Source of the DNA: Lactobacillales bacterium
Lineage (GTDB): Bacteria; Bacillota; Bacilli; Lactobacillales; Streptococcaceae
Assembly: GCA_031261175.1 (NCBI GenBank)
Contig: JAISJW010000007.1
Location: 12,204-76,203, forward strand
Length of the DNA stretch: 64,000 nucleotides
Reading direction: 5' to 3'
Made by a program: the position numbers and the translations under genes. This document shows positions 34,974 through 45,409 of this stretch, piece after piece. Numbering within the stretch: the stretch's first letter is position 1; each line of letters begins with the position of its first letter. The notes under the pieces are model-generated. The model did not search any database, was not told the DNA's origin, and worked only from the letters and a program-made list of their open reading frames with translations.

Positions 34974-35521
34974 TAATTTTTTCTCCTTCTCTTTTTTATC
35001 CGCCCCACCGTCGACTTCCCGACCTTAAAATCTTTAACTGCTTGGGCAATTGAGTACCCTCCCGCGGCTAAACGGCGTATCATTTCCGCCTCTTTTTCTG
35101 GGCTCAATTTGCGCGGGCGACCTTCGCGGAAATTGGGATTGTGAAGCCGTGCGTATAACTTGCCCGCTTGGGTTCGCTCGATGATCATGTCGCGCTCCAT
35201 TTCGGCAATCGAGAGAAGCGTCCGGAGGAAGAACTTGCCCAGATAGCTCGATTCGATGATACCGAGATTCAGGACGTTGAAAGTGACGCCAGACTCGAGG
35301 AGCGGCTCGATGAGGTTGAGCGCCAGACGGTCGAGCTTGGTCACAACGAGCATATCGCCTGGTCGAATGCGTTTAATCAATTTATTCAACTCCTTGCGAT
35401 CTGTCGTCGTCCCGGTCACCTTCTCCTTGAAGACCTTACCGACGTGCGCCTTTTTCAATTCTGCGATTTGCGTCGACAAATCCTGTTGAGTCGTCGAAAC
35501 TCGTGCGTATCCATATATCAC
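34973..35521 (-). mobile_element. small serine recombinase (resolvase/invertase family)
   Basis: N-terminus (M)IYGYARVSTTQQDL with the catalytic Ser, and a C-terminal HTH. GTG start. The region after DRL looks shorter than usual. Confidence 0.85.
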
Positions 35522-35530
35522 CGGCTTCTC

Positions 35531-36211
35531 TTAGTCATACCATCTCATCTTCCCATCTTTATAATCATTTAGCAACTGCCGTTCTTGCTCATCCAGCTCC
35601 CACTCGGTATAATTATGAGCTATTTTAACAAGCCATTCCGGCGAACCTTCCAAGACGATTCCATCGATGAAAAACGACCTCATTTCTTCCACTAATTTCC
35701 TCTTTGGGTCGGAGCTGTTCTTGTTATGCAATTCCACTGTATAGACTTGTGAAAAGTTCTTCAGTATTTTTCCTTCTTCGTTAATCATTTTGAATTTTTT
35801 AATTCCTGGGCCTTTGTAATCAAATGCCCATTCAAAATCTAAAAAAGCAATTTCGTGATTGACTTTCCATGATATTCGATCATCATCGTAACCAAGAATA
35901 TTAGTCGTTCTGCTATAAAATTGGCCGTGATTAAAGCGGCAACGCGATGGCAGCGTTATTTCGACGACCTCGGTTCCAAAGCTGTCCTCTAGATGAACTC
36001 TCGCCGCAATCTTAACGTTATAATCATCAATACAATTTCTATATTCATAGTCGCGATAAGTTTCATAATAGTGATATGGATTAATTATCTCAACCCATTT
36101 TACGGGAAGGTCAGTAATATCCCTAATTAAATCTCTTAGCACCTCCTCGTTTCCCTTGCTTCCTAGTATTTTTTTGAACACTAACGGTTCATTTGGTTTT
36201 TCTTGAATCAT
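35531..36211 (-). CDS. PD-(D/E)XK nuclease family (PDDEXK_2 / Rpn-like putative transposase-nuclease)
   Basis: The N-terminus (FKKILGSKGNEEVLRDLIRDIT) resembles the Rpn/PDDEXK_2 family. Start taken at ATG 36211 (RBS gagaggaaag). The longer ORF-track N-terminus runs into repeat B3. Confidence 0.5.
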   Translation of the reverse strand: MIQEKPNEPLVFKKILGSKGNEEVLRDLIRDITDLPVKWVEIINPYHYYETYRDYEYRNCIDDYNVKIAARVHLEDSFGTEVVEITLPSRCRFNHGQFYSRTTNILGYDDDRISWKVNHEIAFLDFEWAFDYKGPGIKKFKMINEEGKILKNFSQVYTVELHNKNSSDPKRKLVEEMRSFFIDGIVLEGSPEWLVKIAHNYTEWELDEQERQLLNDYKDGKMRWYD

Positions 36212-36230
36212 TTTCTTTCCTCTCTTTCTA

Positions 36231-36366
36231 AAAGTGGCCCCCAATTTACTTTTTTTCATTAAAACAGGGCTTTTTTGTCGTTCAAGGGTCACTATATATT
36301 TTATACTGGCCCTTTGCCGACAAAATATGGCCAAAACTCTAAATTTTTCTTAATCCGGGGCCAGTG
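36231..36366. repeat. nested-palindrome element, family B copy 3
   Basis: Arms aaagtggccccc ... ggggccagtg. Central hairpin caagggtcactatatattttatactggccctttg. The right arm overlaps the last codons and stop of the gene at 36350..37063. Confidence 0.65.
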
Positions 36367-37063
36367 CATTCTTTATCATTCTAATCATTGCTTTAAATTT
36401 TATTGGATCTTTCATCATTTTGTCATTTATCTGAAAACATTTTATCCCCATTTCAGCATAAACGTTCAATTTTTCCTCATCTTTCCTGATATCGTCCTTA
36501 TTTTTCATGTGATGTTTCTCGCTTTGAAATTCTATCGCCAATTTATCCTTTGGCCAATAGAAATCTGGCCGAATACTCCACCTATCTGTCAACGCATGCT
36601 GGTGCTTGTTCAGCCAAATAGTGTAATTACATTTCGGCATTTTAATCCTCTCCTTTATCAGCTTGAAATATAACTCCAACTCTTTCACTGAATCAATCTG
36701 ATTAGGGGCATCTCGCAAAAATCGCAGCTCTCTATCCAACCTCAATTTAGGGATTTTCGAAAGTATCTGTTCCTTAGAATATCGCTTGGTCAGTTTGATA
36801 TAGATATCTGCAATATCATTATCTTTCAAATCATTGCAAACTTCTGCGAAACAATATTCCATCAGCATCACACGTTCACCCCCGACAAAATCCGTGCAAA
36901 CCTCAATCGGTTCCTTGCACTTGTGCACCTTAACCCCCTTCCTATTGTGGGCACGGCCTACACCTAGTTTTGTAACATGCCTAGCCGCTTCCATTTCTAT
37001 TTCTTTGCACCACTTCTTCAAACCGTATAAATGCGAATAGGCTTCATTTGCTTTTAATTCCAT
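36350..37063 (-). CDS. hypothetical protein with a C-terminal DUF559/Vsr-like endonuclease domain
   Basis: C-terminal RPDFYWPKDKLAIEFQSEKHH...D...L...G resembles the DUF559 (restriction-endonuclease-like) signature. Confidence 0.5.
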   Translation of the reverse strand: MELKANEAYSHLYGLKKWCKEIEMEAARHVTKLGVGRAHNRKGVKVHKCKEPIEVCTDFVGGERVMLMEYCFAEVCNDLKDNDIADIYIKLTKRYSKEQILSKIPKLRLDRELRFLRDAPNQIDSVKELELYFKLIKERIKMPKCNYTIWLNKHQHALTDRWSIRPDFYWPKDKLAIEFQSEKHHMKNKDDIRKDEEKLNVYAEMGIKCFQINDKMMKDPIKFKAMIRMIKNALAPD

Positions 37064-37143
37064 ATTTTTTTACCCCCTACTATATATATACGTATTTTTT
37101 TGCGTTTTGTTACATTTTTCGCCAAAATAATTTCGAAAAAAGG

Positions 37144-37178
37144 CAAAAAAAATAACACCACCTAAAATTAGGTAGTGT
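37144..37178 (-). terminator. intrinsic terminator after the membrane-protein operon
   Basis: Minus strand reads acactaccta-attt-taggtggtgt followed by tatttttttt. Confidence 0.7.
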
Positions 37179-37185
37179 TTATTCA

Positions 37186-37632
37186 TTAATATACGATGTT
37201 TAAAATAACCTTGCTAGTCCAAAATCCAGCGTACCAGATACAGATTAAAGCCGTTGCAATCGTTTGGGCATCGATGATTGGCATTCCGAGATAGGTGTGA
37301 GCCGCACCGGCGAAAACCATCACTAGCGATAGCAGTGTAACCACAATTATACTCGCAATCGCAAGTCCAAGTTCTTGGATTCGTTGCAGCCGTTCGTCAA
37401 ATTGTAGCGCCCGCCATTCTTTAAATTTCTCTTCGTTACGCGAAATCCGAATGTTTCTGACGATTCTAAACAGAGCATCCACCCAGATATATGCTCCAAT
37501 CATTGGGATAATTTCGTTACCGAGATTTAAAAACATCGTCGCCATCCCGATAATAAACAGATTCCCCTGAATCAGGTAGTTCAGCTTCATCCGCCGCTGC
37601 GCGTTCTCCGCACTATTAATTAAATTGTTCAT
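37186..37632 (-). CDS. small integral membrane protein (4 TM)
   Basis: Hydrophobic profile. Downstream of the XRE regulator in one operon. Confidence 0.6.
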   Translation of the reverse strand: MNNLINSAENAQRRMKLNYLIQGNLFIIGMATMFLNLGNEIIPMIGAYIWVDALFRIVRNIRISRNEEKFKEWRALQFDERLQRIQELGLAIASIIVVTLLSLVMVFAGAAHTYLGMPIIDAQTIATALICIWYAGFWTSKVILNIVY

Positions 37633-37641
37633 TTTGCTCTC

Positions 37642-38046
37642 CTAATAAATTTTTTTGAAAATTTTTTGGGCAATTGCGTAAACCGCACACCAGCCGTAAA
37701 GAACCATCACACCTGCATCCGATAAAGCAACCTGCGTGCTAGCTGCAAAAATTGATATTAACCCAAGCACCGCGGCCATAACCAAAGTTGCTGCGACATA
37801 AGAACGTTGCGTAATAAAAACATTACGTTCGTCGAGTTTTATTACTGCATATTTTTTCATTAATTCTGGATTTTTGAAAATGCGAATTTGGCTGATTGTT
37901 ACAACCAATGCAGCTGCGAAAATTGCCCCCGATAGCGAAGCTTGTGTGATTGTTTCTAGTTTGAATAGTCCGACTAATCCGATAACTGTGAATATCGACC
38001 CGATTACAACGTTCCATTTTACTCGTTGTTCTATTTTGTTGTTCAT
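37642..38046 (-). CDS. small integral membrane protein (DUF2178-like)
   Basis: Four hydrophobic segments. The start overlaps the stop of the XRE gene. Confidence 0.6.
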   Translation of the reverse strand: MNNKIEQRVKWNVVIGSIFTVIGLVGLFKLETITQASLSGAIFAAALVVTISQIRIFKNPELMKKYAVIKLDERNVFITQRSYVAATLVMAAVLGLISIFAASTQVALSDAGVMVLYGWCAVYAIAQKIFKKIY

Positions 38047-38252
38047 AACGATTCATCCTCCCCATTAAAAATAAAAATGTCTTCGATTGTTTGTTCAAAA
38101 TACTCGGCAATTTTGTGCGCTAAAATTAGCGATGCATTGTACTTTCCCTTTTCGAGCGAAATGATTGTCTGCCTCGTGACCCCTAGCGCGTCCGCGAAAT
38201 CACTCTGGCTGACCTTCTTCGCCGTTCGCAACTCATGAATTTTATTTTCCAT
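38043..38252 (-). CDS. XRE-family HTH transcriptional regulator (69 aa)
   Basis: LRTAKKVSQSDFADALGVTRQTIISLEKGKYNASLILAHKIAEYF is a canonical Cro/CI HTH. Confidence 0.85.
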   Translation of the reverse strand: MENKIHELRTAKKVSQSDFADALGVTRQTIISLEKGKYNASLILAHKIAEYFEQTIEDIFIFNGEDESL

Positions 38253-38310
38253 CTCGTGCGACCTCCTTAAGTTTATGTATAGTTAACTTTACAATCAATA
38301 GTATAGCACG

Positions 38311-38330
38311 CTTTACATATCAATGTAAAG
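38311..38330. promoter_or_regulatory. candidate XRE operator
   Basis: Palindrome ctttaca-tatcaa-tgtaaag, with extra TTTACA boxes on both sides. It overlaps a TTTACA-18-TATACT promoter on the minus strand. Confidence 0.4.
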
Positions 38331-38359
38331 CGCATTTTACATTTTCTTAAAATTTTTTC

Positions 38360-38386
38360 AAAAAAAAGCAGGAGATTTCTCTCCTA
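38360..38386 (-). terminator. intrinsic terminator after the fusB-like gene
   Basis: Minus strand reads aggaga-gaaa-tctcct followed by gctttttttt. Confidence 0.6.
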
Positions 38387-38396
38387 CTTCTCTATT

Positions 38397-39032
38397 TTAC
38401 TTCAAATTATCTAGAAACTCATTTAGCGAATCTAGCGAATACAAATGCTGGTTGCATTTTTGCGAATCACGACAAATGTAATTACCACGTTTCGTGTAAG
38501 TGCCCTCAGCGCCTGACTTCACAGTCGCAAGGAACATCGAAACGCCATCAATTTGCTTGCATATTGCGCAAGCTCCGTTGATAACCTCGGTCGCAAGCGT
38601 GCCATAAACTCCTTCGAGCTTACCTTCGCGGCGAGCTAAGATATACTTGCGTCCACTTCCGGCATCGTTCCAACCGTAGTAAGTGTTCTCGCGCAAGTCA
38701 GTCAGATCCCATTCGGGTTCGTTCAACTTTTTCACCTTGCGGAAAGTTTTCTCAAGTTGCTTCCTGCTAGGTTTCTCGAACGGTTCAACGTGTTCTAACA
38801 ACCCGTCAAAATAGTTCGCCAGCCGCGCGCGCGACAGCTCTTTATTCATTGTATATAGTAAAGCTTCCTCGGCGTACACATTCGACGGAATCAATTGCCG
38901 AACGTTCTCGCCGGTTTGCACTTGCAGCGATTCGTGCACTCGCTTGTCGTTCACGCTGTGATACGCGTTGACGAGCAAGGTGCATTGGTTGCGCAGGTGC
39001 CAGTATTCGTGGGGTTTTAATTTTTCTCCCAT
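38397..39032 (-). CDS. FusB/FusC-family EF-G-binding protein
   Basis: Matches remembered FusB features: VNDK, PFEKPSRKQLEKTFRKVKK, GWND, CAICKQ and YICRDSQKCNQHL (C-terminal zinc-binding region). Confidence 0.8.
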   Translation of the reverse strand: MGEKLKPHEYWHLRNQCTLLVNAYHSVNDKRVHESLQVQTGENVRQLIPSNVYAEEALLYTMNKELSRARLANYFDGLLEHVEPFEKPSRKQLEKTFRKVKKLNEPEWDLTDLRENTYYGWNDAGSGRKYILARREGKLEGVYGTLATEVINGACAICKQIDGVSMFLATVKSGAEGTYTKRGNYICRDSQKCNQHLYSLDSLNEFLDNLK

Positions 39033-39042
39033 TTTTTATCTC

Positions 39043-40440
39043 CTATCCTATAGAACCCTCCATATTATAGGCAATTAAGCGATTAAGCTCAACCGCATAT
39101 TCCATCGGGAGCTCTTTAACAAACGGTTCAATGAAGCCCATGACGACCATTTGGTTGGCCTCGGCTTCAGAGATACCGCGACTCATTATGTAGTGTAGTT
39201 GTTCTTCGGATATTTTCGAAACACTTGCTTCGTGCTCTAAAATCGCCGTCGAATTTTCAATTATATTGTTTGGAATGGTGTCGCTCGTCGAAATTTCATC
39301 CATGATAATCGTGTCACATTCCACGTGGGAATGCGCATGATCAGCCTTCTCGCCAAAACGCACAAGACCGCGATAATCGACCGCACCGCCTGACTTCGAA
39401 ATCGATTTCGAAATAATCGTCGAGCTAGTATTCGGTGCTAAGTGAATCATTTTCGCACCTGTATCCTGGATTTGGTTTTCACCGGCAAATGCAATCGAAA
39501 GCATCGTGCCCTTCGCACCCTCGCCGTTCAACACGACCGCCGGATACTTCATCGTCGCCTTCGAACCCAAGTTCCCGTCGACCCATTCAACCGTGCCACC
39601 GCTTTCCGCGATCGCCCGTTTTGTAACTAAATTGTAGACGTTATCCGACCAGTTCTGGATCGTCGTATAGCGGCAAGTCGCATCCTTCTTAACGAAAATC
39701 TCAACAATCGCAGCGTGCAAGCTCGACTTAGAGTAAGTCGGTGCCGTACACCCTTCGACGTAATGCAGCGATGCACCTTCGTCAACGATGATCAAAGTCC
39801 GCTCGAATTGCCCAGTTCCTTCTGCGTTGATGCGGAAGTAGGTTTGCAAAGGCGTATCGACCTTGACACCCTTAGGCACGTAAATGAACGACCCGCCCGA
39901 CCAAACTGCCGAGTTCAAAGCCGCTAATTTATTGTCGTCGTTAGGAATTAACGTCGAAAAATATTCCTCGAATAATTCCGGATAATCGCGCAAAGCCGAG
40001 TCCGTATCGGTAAAGATAATCCCTTTATCGACGAGCTCTTTTTGCAAGGAATGATACACGACCTCAGACTCATACTGAGCCGAAGCCCCCGCCAGCCAAG
40101 CACGCTCAGCCTCGGGAATCCCGATTTTCTCGAAAGTATCCTTGATTTTATCTGGCACATCGTCCCACTCGCGCGCCGGTTTATCCGACGCCTTTTGGTA
40201 GTAAATGACGTCATCGAAATCGATATCGCTCAAATCCGGTCCCCACGTGTGCATCGGAATCGCTTTGAACTTTTCGTACGACTCAAGTCGGAACTTGAGC
40301 ATCCACTCAGGCTCCCCCTTGATCCCACTCATCTCGCGAATGACCGCCTCACTCAGACCGTGCCCACTCGAAAACTCGGGCGTGAAATCGTCGTGAAAGC
40401 CAAATTTATAATCTTCTTTTTCTGGAATATTATTCGTCAT
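39043..40440 (-). CDS. sufB: Fe-S cluster assembly protein SufB
   Basis: 465 aa with typical SufB sequence throughout ([23 protein letters not shown]..., [10 protein letters not shown]...). Confidence 0.9.
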   Translation of the reverse strand: MTNNIPEKEDYKFGFHDDFTPEFSSGHGLSEAVIREMSGIKGEPEWMLKFRLESYEKFKAIPMHTWGPDLSDIDFDDVIYYQKASDKPAREWDDVPDKIKDTFEKIGIPEAERAWLAGASAQYESEVVYHSLQKELVDKGIIFTDTDSALRDYPELFEEYFSTLIPNDDNKLAALNSAVWSGGSFIYVPKGVKVDTPLQTYFRINAEGTGQFERTLIIVDEGASLHYVEGCTAPTYSKSSLHAAIVEIFVKKDATCRYTTIQNWSDNVYNLVTKRAIAESGGTVEWVDGNLGSKATMKYPAVVLNGEGAKGTMLSIAFAGENQIQDTGAKMIHLAPNTSSTIISKSISKSGGAVDYRGLVRFGEKADHAHSHVECDTIIMDEISTSDTIPNNIIENSTAILEHEASVSKISEEQLHYIMSRGISEAEANQMVVMGFIEPFVKELPMEYAVELNRLIAYNMEGSIG

Positions 40441-40461
40441 ACAATCCTCTTCTATCAGGGT

Positions 40462-42831
40462 CTAACGAACCTCCGCCAACCCGTCTAGTGCTTTCTCAAT
40501 CTTCGAAATCGCGCGGTTAATCTCTTCGTCCGTCAGCGTCGCTTCCGGGTTCACAAACGTCAAACCGTAGGCAAGTGACTTCTTACCTGCGGGGATATTA
40601 GCCCCTTGGTAAAGGTCGAACAGGTTCACGTCGGCAAGGAACTTGCCACCGTGCAACTCGAACAAGTCGACTAATTCAGCATTTGTCACTGTTTCGTCAA
40701 CAAGGAGCGCGATGTCGCGTTTAACGCTCGGGAACTTCCCGACGTTAGTGAAAATCTTAGGACTAGCTTCGCGGGCAAATACCTCAGCGAGATTAATTTG
40801 CGCAACGTAAGTTTCGTCAATATCATATTTTTTAGCCGTTACCGGGTGAACTTGCCCGATGAAACCGATGATTTCGTGACCGATTTTCACGTAAGCGCTG
40901 CGGCCTGGGTGAAGATCAGCGAAATCACTAGTCGCTTCAAAGCGGAGTTTTTCGCCAGCTAGAGCGTCTTCTAAAACGGCTTTCGCCGCGAAGAAATCGC
41001 CGACATTGCTTAACGCAATGGCAAAAGTTTCGATTTCTTGCGGTAACAATTCGCCTTCAACCGTTTGGAAAATTTTCCCAATTTCGTATAAAGCGACTTC
41101 TTTATTTTTGCGGGCTTGGTTGTAGCTAACCGCTTCAAGCAGGCCGCTTACGATGTTGACGCGAGCCACACTGTGGTCAAGCGACATCGGCCAATCAAGT
41201 GCTATCGTGCCGAATTCGCCCATATAGTTACATTTAAATTCTTCGTTTTTCTCAGCTGTTGTCAGCGAGTAAGTGATCGCTTCGTTCAGGCCGTTTGCTT
41301 CAAAGCTTGCGCGCAATTTGCGCAAAGCGCTTTGCTCAGCCGTTAAGCTTGCAGCATTATCCGTGCGTGGAAGCGTCATCGGAATGTTGTCGTAGCCGTA
41401 CATGCGGGCTACTTCTTCAACGATGTCCGATTTGATTTTAATGTCTTGACGGTGTGAAGGTGATGTCACAACGTAATCGCCTTCGTGCGCTTCGAAATGG
41501 AAGTGCAAGCGACGGAAGATTTCGTCCACTTCAACACCTTTCAAATCAGTGCCGATGCGTTCGTTTAATTCAGTTAAAGTGATTTCAACTTGTTGAGCAG
41601 TCGCTTCAGCTTTCGAAGCCCAAACGCTACCTGTCGCAATTGATCCTTCGCCTAATTTAGCAATGAAGGCAGCCGCAACATCAAGTGCTTTTTCGACCGT
41701 ATCAAGGTTGATTCCTTTTTCAAAACGCGCTGAACTTTCGCTACGAAGATTGAAACGTTGCGACGTTTTGCGAACATTTTCGCGGTTGAAAACAGCTGCT
41801 TCAAGTAAAACGGTCGTTGTGTTATCATCGATTTCTGTCGATTCGCCACCCATAACACCCGCTAAGGCGATTGGTGATGCGCCGTCAGTAATCACGACGT
41901 CAGCGTCCGTTAATTCGCGCTCCACGTCGTCGAGTGTTGTCAGCTTTTCGCCCTGACTTGCCTTACGCACTAGGATTTCTTTTGAGCCTAGTTTGGCGTA
42001 GTCGAAGGCGTGCATTGGTTGGCCGTAAAAGAGCAGGATGAAGTTCGTGATGTCAACGACGTTGTTGATCGGACGGATGCCCATTGACCAAAGCGTGCGT
42101 TGCAACCACAAGGGTGACGCTGCGATTTTTACGTTTTCGACAACGCGCAAACCGTAAGTCGGCGTGTCATCTTCATTTTCAACTTTTGCACTAACAAAAT
42201 CTTCGATTTTTAGCTCAGCCGCTTCATGCGCAACTGGCATTTTGAACTCGGGTTTTTGGTTGTAAATTGCCCCGACTTCGTACGCAACGCCGACCATGCT
42301 CAAGGCATCGGGACGGTTTGCGAGAACGTCAAGTTCGATGATGTCGTCATCCATATCTAGGATGCCAAACACGCTCGAACCGGGTTCTGTATCTTCAGGT
42401 AAAATATAGATTCCATCAGCCCATTCCTTCGGAATTACGCTGTCAGAAAAACCTAATTCTTCAAGCGAACAGATCATTCCAAGCGATTCGAAACCACGGA
42501 TTTTACCTTTTTTGATTTTGTAATTGCCCGCAATGCGGGCCCCTGGGAGAGCTACTATTACATTTTGCCCAGTATCGATATTTGGCGCTCCGCAGACGAT
42601 TTGACTCGGCGCATCCGCTCCAACGTCAACCTGACAAACGTGCAAGTGATCGCTATCCGGATGGTCAACGCACTCTAAAACGCGACCTGCCACGATGCTT
42701 TTCAGGCCGTCTTCAAGACGCGTAACGCTTTCGACTTCGATGCCGGTCAAGCTCATTTTATCGGCAATATCACTTGCCGGGATTTTTGAAAGGTCAAGCA
42801 GTTCGCTCAGCCATTTATAAGATACTAACAT
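40462..42831 (-). CDS. pheT: phenylalanine-tRNA ligase beta subunit
   Basis: 789 aa starting MLVSYKWLSELLDL. tRNA-binding, B3/4, B5 and FDX-ACB domain order. Confidence 0.95.
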   Translation of the reverse strand: MLVSYKWLSELLDLSKIPASDIADKMSLTGIEVESVTRLEDGLKSIVAGRVLECVDHPDSDHLHVCQVDVGADAPSQIVCGAPNIDTGQNVIVALPGARIAGNYKIKKGKIRGFESLGMICSLEELGFSDSVIPKEWADGIYILPEDTEPGSSVFGILDMDDDIIELDVLANRPDALSMVGVAYEVGAIYNQKPEFKMPVAHEAAELKIEDFVSAKVENEDDTPTYGLRVVENVKIAASPLWLQRTLWSMGIRPINNVVDITNFILLFYGQPMHAFDYAKLGSKEILVRKASQGEKLTTLDDVERELTDADVVITDGASPIALAGVMGGESTEIDDNTTTVLLEAAVFNRENVRKTSQRFNLRSESSARFEKGINLDTVEKALDVAAAFIAKLGEGSIATGSVWASKAEATAQQVEITLTELNERIGTDLKGVEVDEIFRRLHFHFEAHEGDYVVTSPSHRQDIKIKSDIVEEVARMYGYDNIPMTLPRTDNAASLTAEQSALRKLRASFEANGLNEAITYSLTTAEKNEEFKCNYMGEFGTIALDWPMSLDHSVARVNIVSGLLEAVSYNQARKNKEVALYEIGKIFQTVEGELLPQEIETFAIALSNVGDFFAAKAVLEDALAGEKLRFEATSDFADLHPGRSAYVKIGHEIIGFIGQVHPVTAKKYDIDETYVAQINLAEVFAREASPKIFTNVGKFPSVKRDIALLVDETVTNAELVDLFELHGGKFLADVNLFDLYQGANIPAGKKSLAYGLTFVNPEATLTDEEINRAISKIEKALDGLAEVR

Positions 42832-42859
42832 TTTTTTCTCCGATTATTTGAATTGACGG

Positions 42860-42972
42860 GTTAAATTCGTTAAAAAGCTCCTCCTTACATATTGCGCCAG
42901 TCAAGCAGGCTTGACTGAACTAAATGGCGCAATACGTGCAAGACCGTCGCTTTTTAAACGAACGAATTTAAC
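42860..42972. repeat. highly structured ~113-bp element filling the pheS-pheT spacer
   Basis: Outer arms gttaaattcgtt..aaaaagc / gcttttt..aacgaatttaac. Middle arms attgcgcca / tggcgcaat. Innermost arms gtcaagc / gcttgac. Confidence 0.7.
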
Positions 42973-42975
42973 ACC

Positions 42976-44013
42976 TTATTTAAACTGATTCGTGAAACGC
43001 ACGTCGTTTTGGTAGAAGCCGCGGATGTCGTTGATCCCAAAGCGCAGCATCGCCACGCGCTCAACGCCGATTCCAAAGGCAAATCCAGTGTAGGTTTCCG
43101 GGTCGATTCCGCTCATTTCAAGCACTTTCGGGTGAACCATTCCGCCGCCCAAAATTTCGATCCAGCCGGTATGTTTGCAGACGCGACAACCTTCGCCACC
43201 ACAGGCGAAACAGCTGATGTCGACTTCGACCGATGGTTCCGTGAACGGGAAGAAGCTCGGACGCAGGCGAATTTCGCGCTCAGCCCCAAACATCTTTTTG
43301 ATCAGGTGATCAAGCGTTCCTTTAAGGTCGCTCATCGCGATTCCCTTATCGATGACCAAACCTTCGATTTGCATAAATTGGTGCGAGTGGGTCGCGTCAT
43401 CCGTGTCGCGGCGGTAGACTTTACCGGGTGCGATCATTTTCAACGCGCCCTTCGTGAAGTCATGCTTCTCCATCACGCGCGCCTGAACGGGCGACGTGTG
43501 CGTGCGGAACAACGTTTCCGGCGTGATGTAGAACGTGTCCTGCATATCGCGAGCCGGGTGGTTCTTCGGCAAGTTCATGCGTTCAAAGTTGTAGTTATCG
43601 CTCTCGATTTCGTAGCCGTTCTCAACTGAATAACCCATCCCGATAAAGATGTCTTCGATTTCTTCGCGCGTTTGCGTCAAAATGTGGCGACTGCCTTTCG
43701 TGCGCTTAGTCGCAGGTAACGTCACATCGATCGTTTCTTTAGCTAATTTAGCCCCGATTTCAGCCGCTTCTAATTCGACTTTTTTCGCTTCGATGGCGTC
43801 TTCAATTGCCGATTTTACGATGTTGACCGCCGCTCCGAGTTTCGGTTTGTCCTCGTTTGATAGGTCTTTCATCTGTTTCATCACGTCGGTGATTGGGCCT
43901 TTTTTGCCCAGATATTCCACTCGTTTATCGTTCAATGTGCTAAGGTCACTTGCCGCGTTGATTTGCAGCAATGCCTCGCTTTTTAGGGTTTCTAAGTTCT
44001 CGAAAACGCTCAT
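42976..44013 (-). CDS. pheS: phenylalanine-tRNA ligase alpha subunit
   Basis: 345 aa with class II aaRS motifs ([36 protein letters not shown]). Confidence 0.95.
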   Translation of the reverse strand: MSVFENLETLKSEALLQINAASDLSTLNDKRVEYLGKKGPITDVMKQMKDLSNEDKPKLGAAVNIVKSAIEDAIEAKKVELEAAEIGAKLAKETIDVTLPATKRTKGSRHILTQTREEIEDIFIGMGYSVENGYEIESDNYNFERMNLPKNHPARDMQDTFYITPETLFRTHTSPVQARVMEKHDFTKGALKMIAPGKVYRRDTDDATHSHQFMQIEGLVIDKGIAMSDLKGTLDHLIKKMFGAEREIRLRPSFFPFTEPSVEVDISCFACGGEGCRVCKHTGWIEILGGGMVHPKVLEMSGIDPETYTGFAFGIGVERVAMLRFGINDIRGFYQNDVRFTNQFK

Positions 44014-44093
44014 CGTTTTTTCTCCAATGCAAAATATATTGCTCTAATTATACCATATTTTAAGGGCTTTTACGGGCAAGTAAAACCGACCTT

Positions 44094-44120
44094 AAAAAAA
44101 GGCGCCAAAAGGGCACCTTT
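44094..44120 (-). terminator. intrinsic terminator between rfbB and pheS
   Basis: Minus strand reads aaaggtgcc-ctttt-ggcgccttt followed by tttt. A TGgTATAAT box follows it ahead of pheS. Confidence 0.65.
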
Positions 44121-44285
44121 ACTTGATGAAAATCTCACGAACCTCTGTTTTGCCCAAAATTTTCTATTATCCATTTATCTTCGTCAATCTCCTCGACCCA
44201 TGCCCCGCATGGCACTCGTCGATTTCCTTGCTAAATGAAAAACAGAAATTTTTGTGCTAAAACTAGTTTCGCTCGCTTTCCATTT

Positions 44286-45344
<1,059 letters not shown>

Positions 45345-45409
45345 TTAACTTATTTATTATACCAAAAATCGGTTGAGGCTCGAAATATTTTGTTAATATT
45401 TAAGCCTAG

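Noticed and set aside
34921-34980. By my base count the T-run at the recombinase stop has 7 T, which would read through into the zeta-like N-fragment. The N-fragment would also have an early stop.
   Set aside because: The ORF track (182 aa ending ...RRRKN, stop at 34973..34975) implies one T fewer and one extra base a little upstream. That version also restores a coherent P-loop fragment. I defer to the computed track and treat my reading here as off by one, so I make no claim about a recombinase-kinase fusion.
44014-44285. I expected a T-box riboswitch leader upstream of pheS.
   Set aside because: The region has a terminator (44094..44120), but I could not find the T-box consensus (GGGTGGTACCGCG-like), an AGAGA/GNUGNA set or a convincing specifier loop. 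An extended -10 promoter (tggtataat) lies between the terminator and pheS. The hairpin is therefore more simply the rfbB terminator. A covariance-model scan (Rfam RF00230) would settle it.
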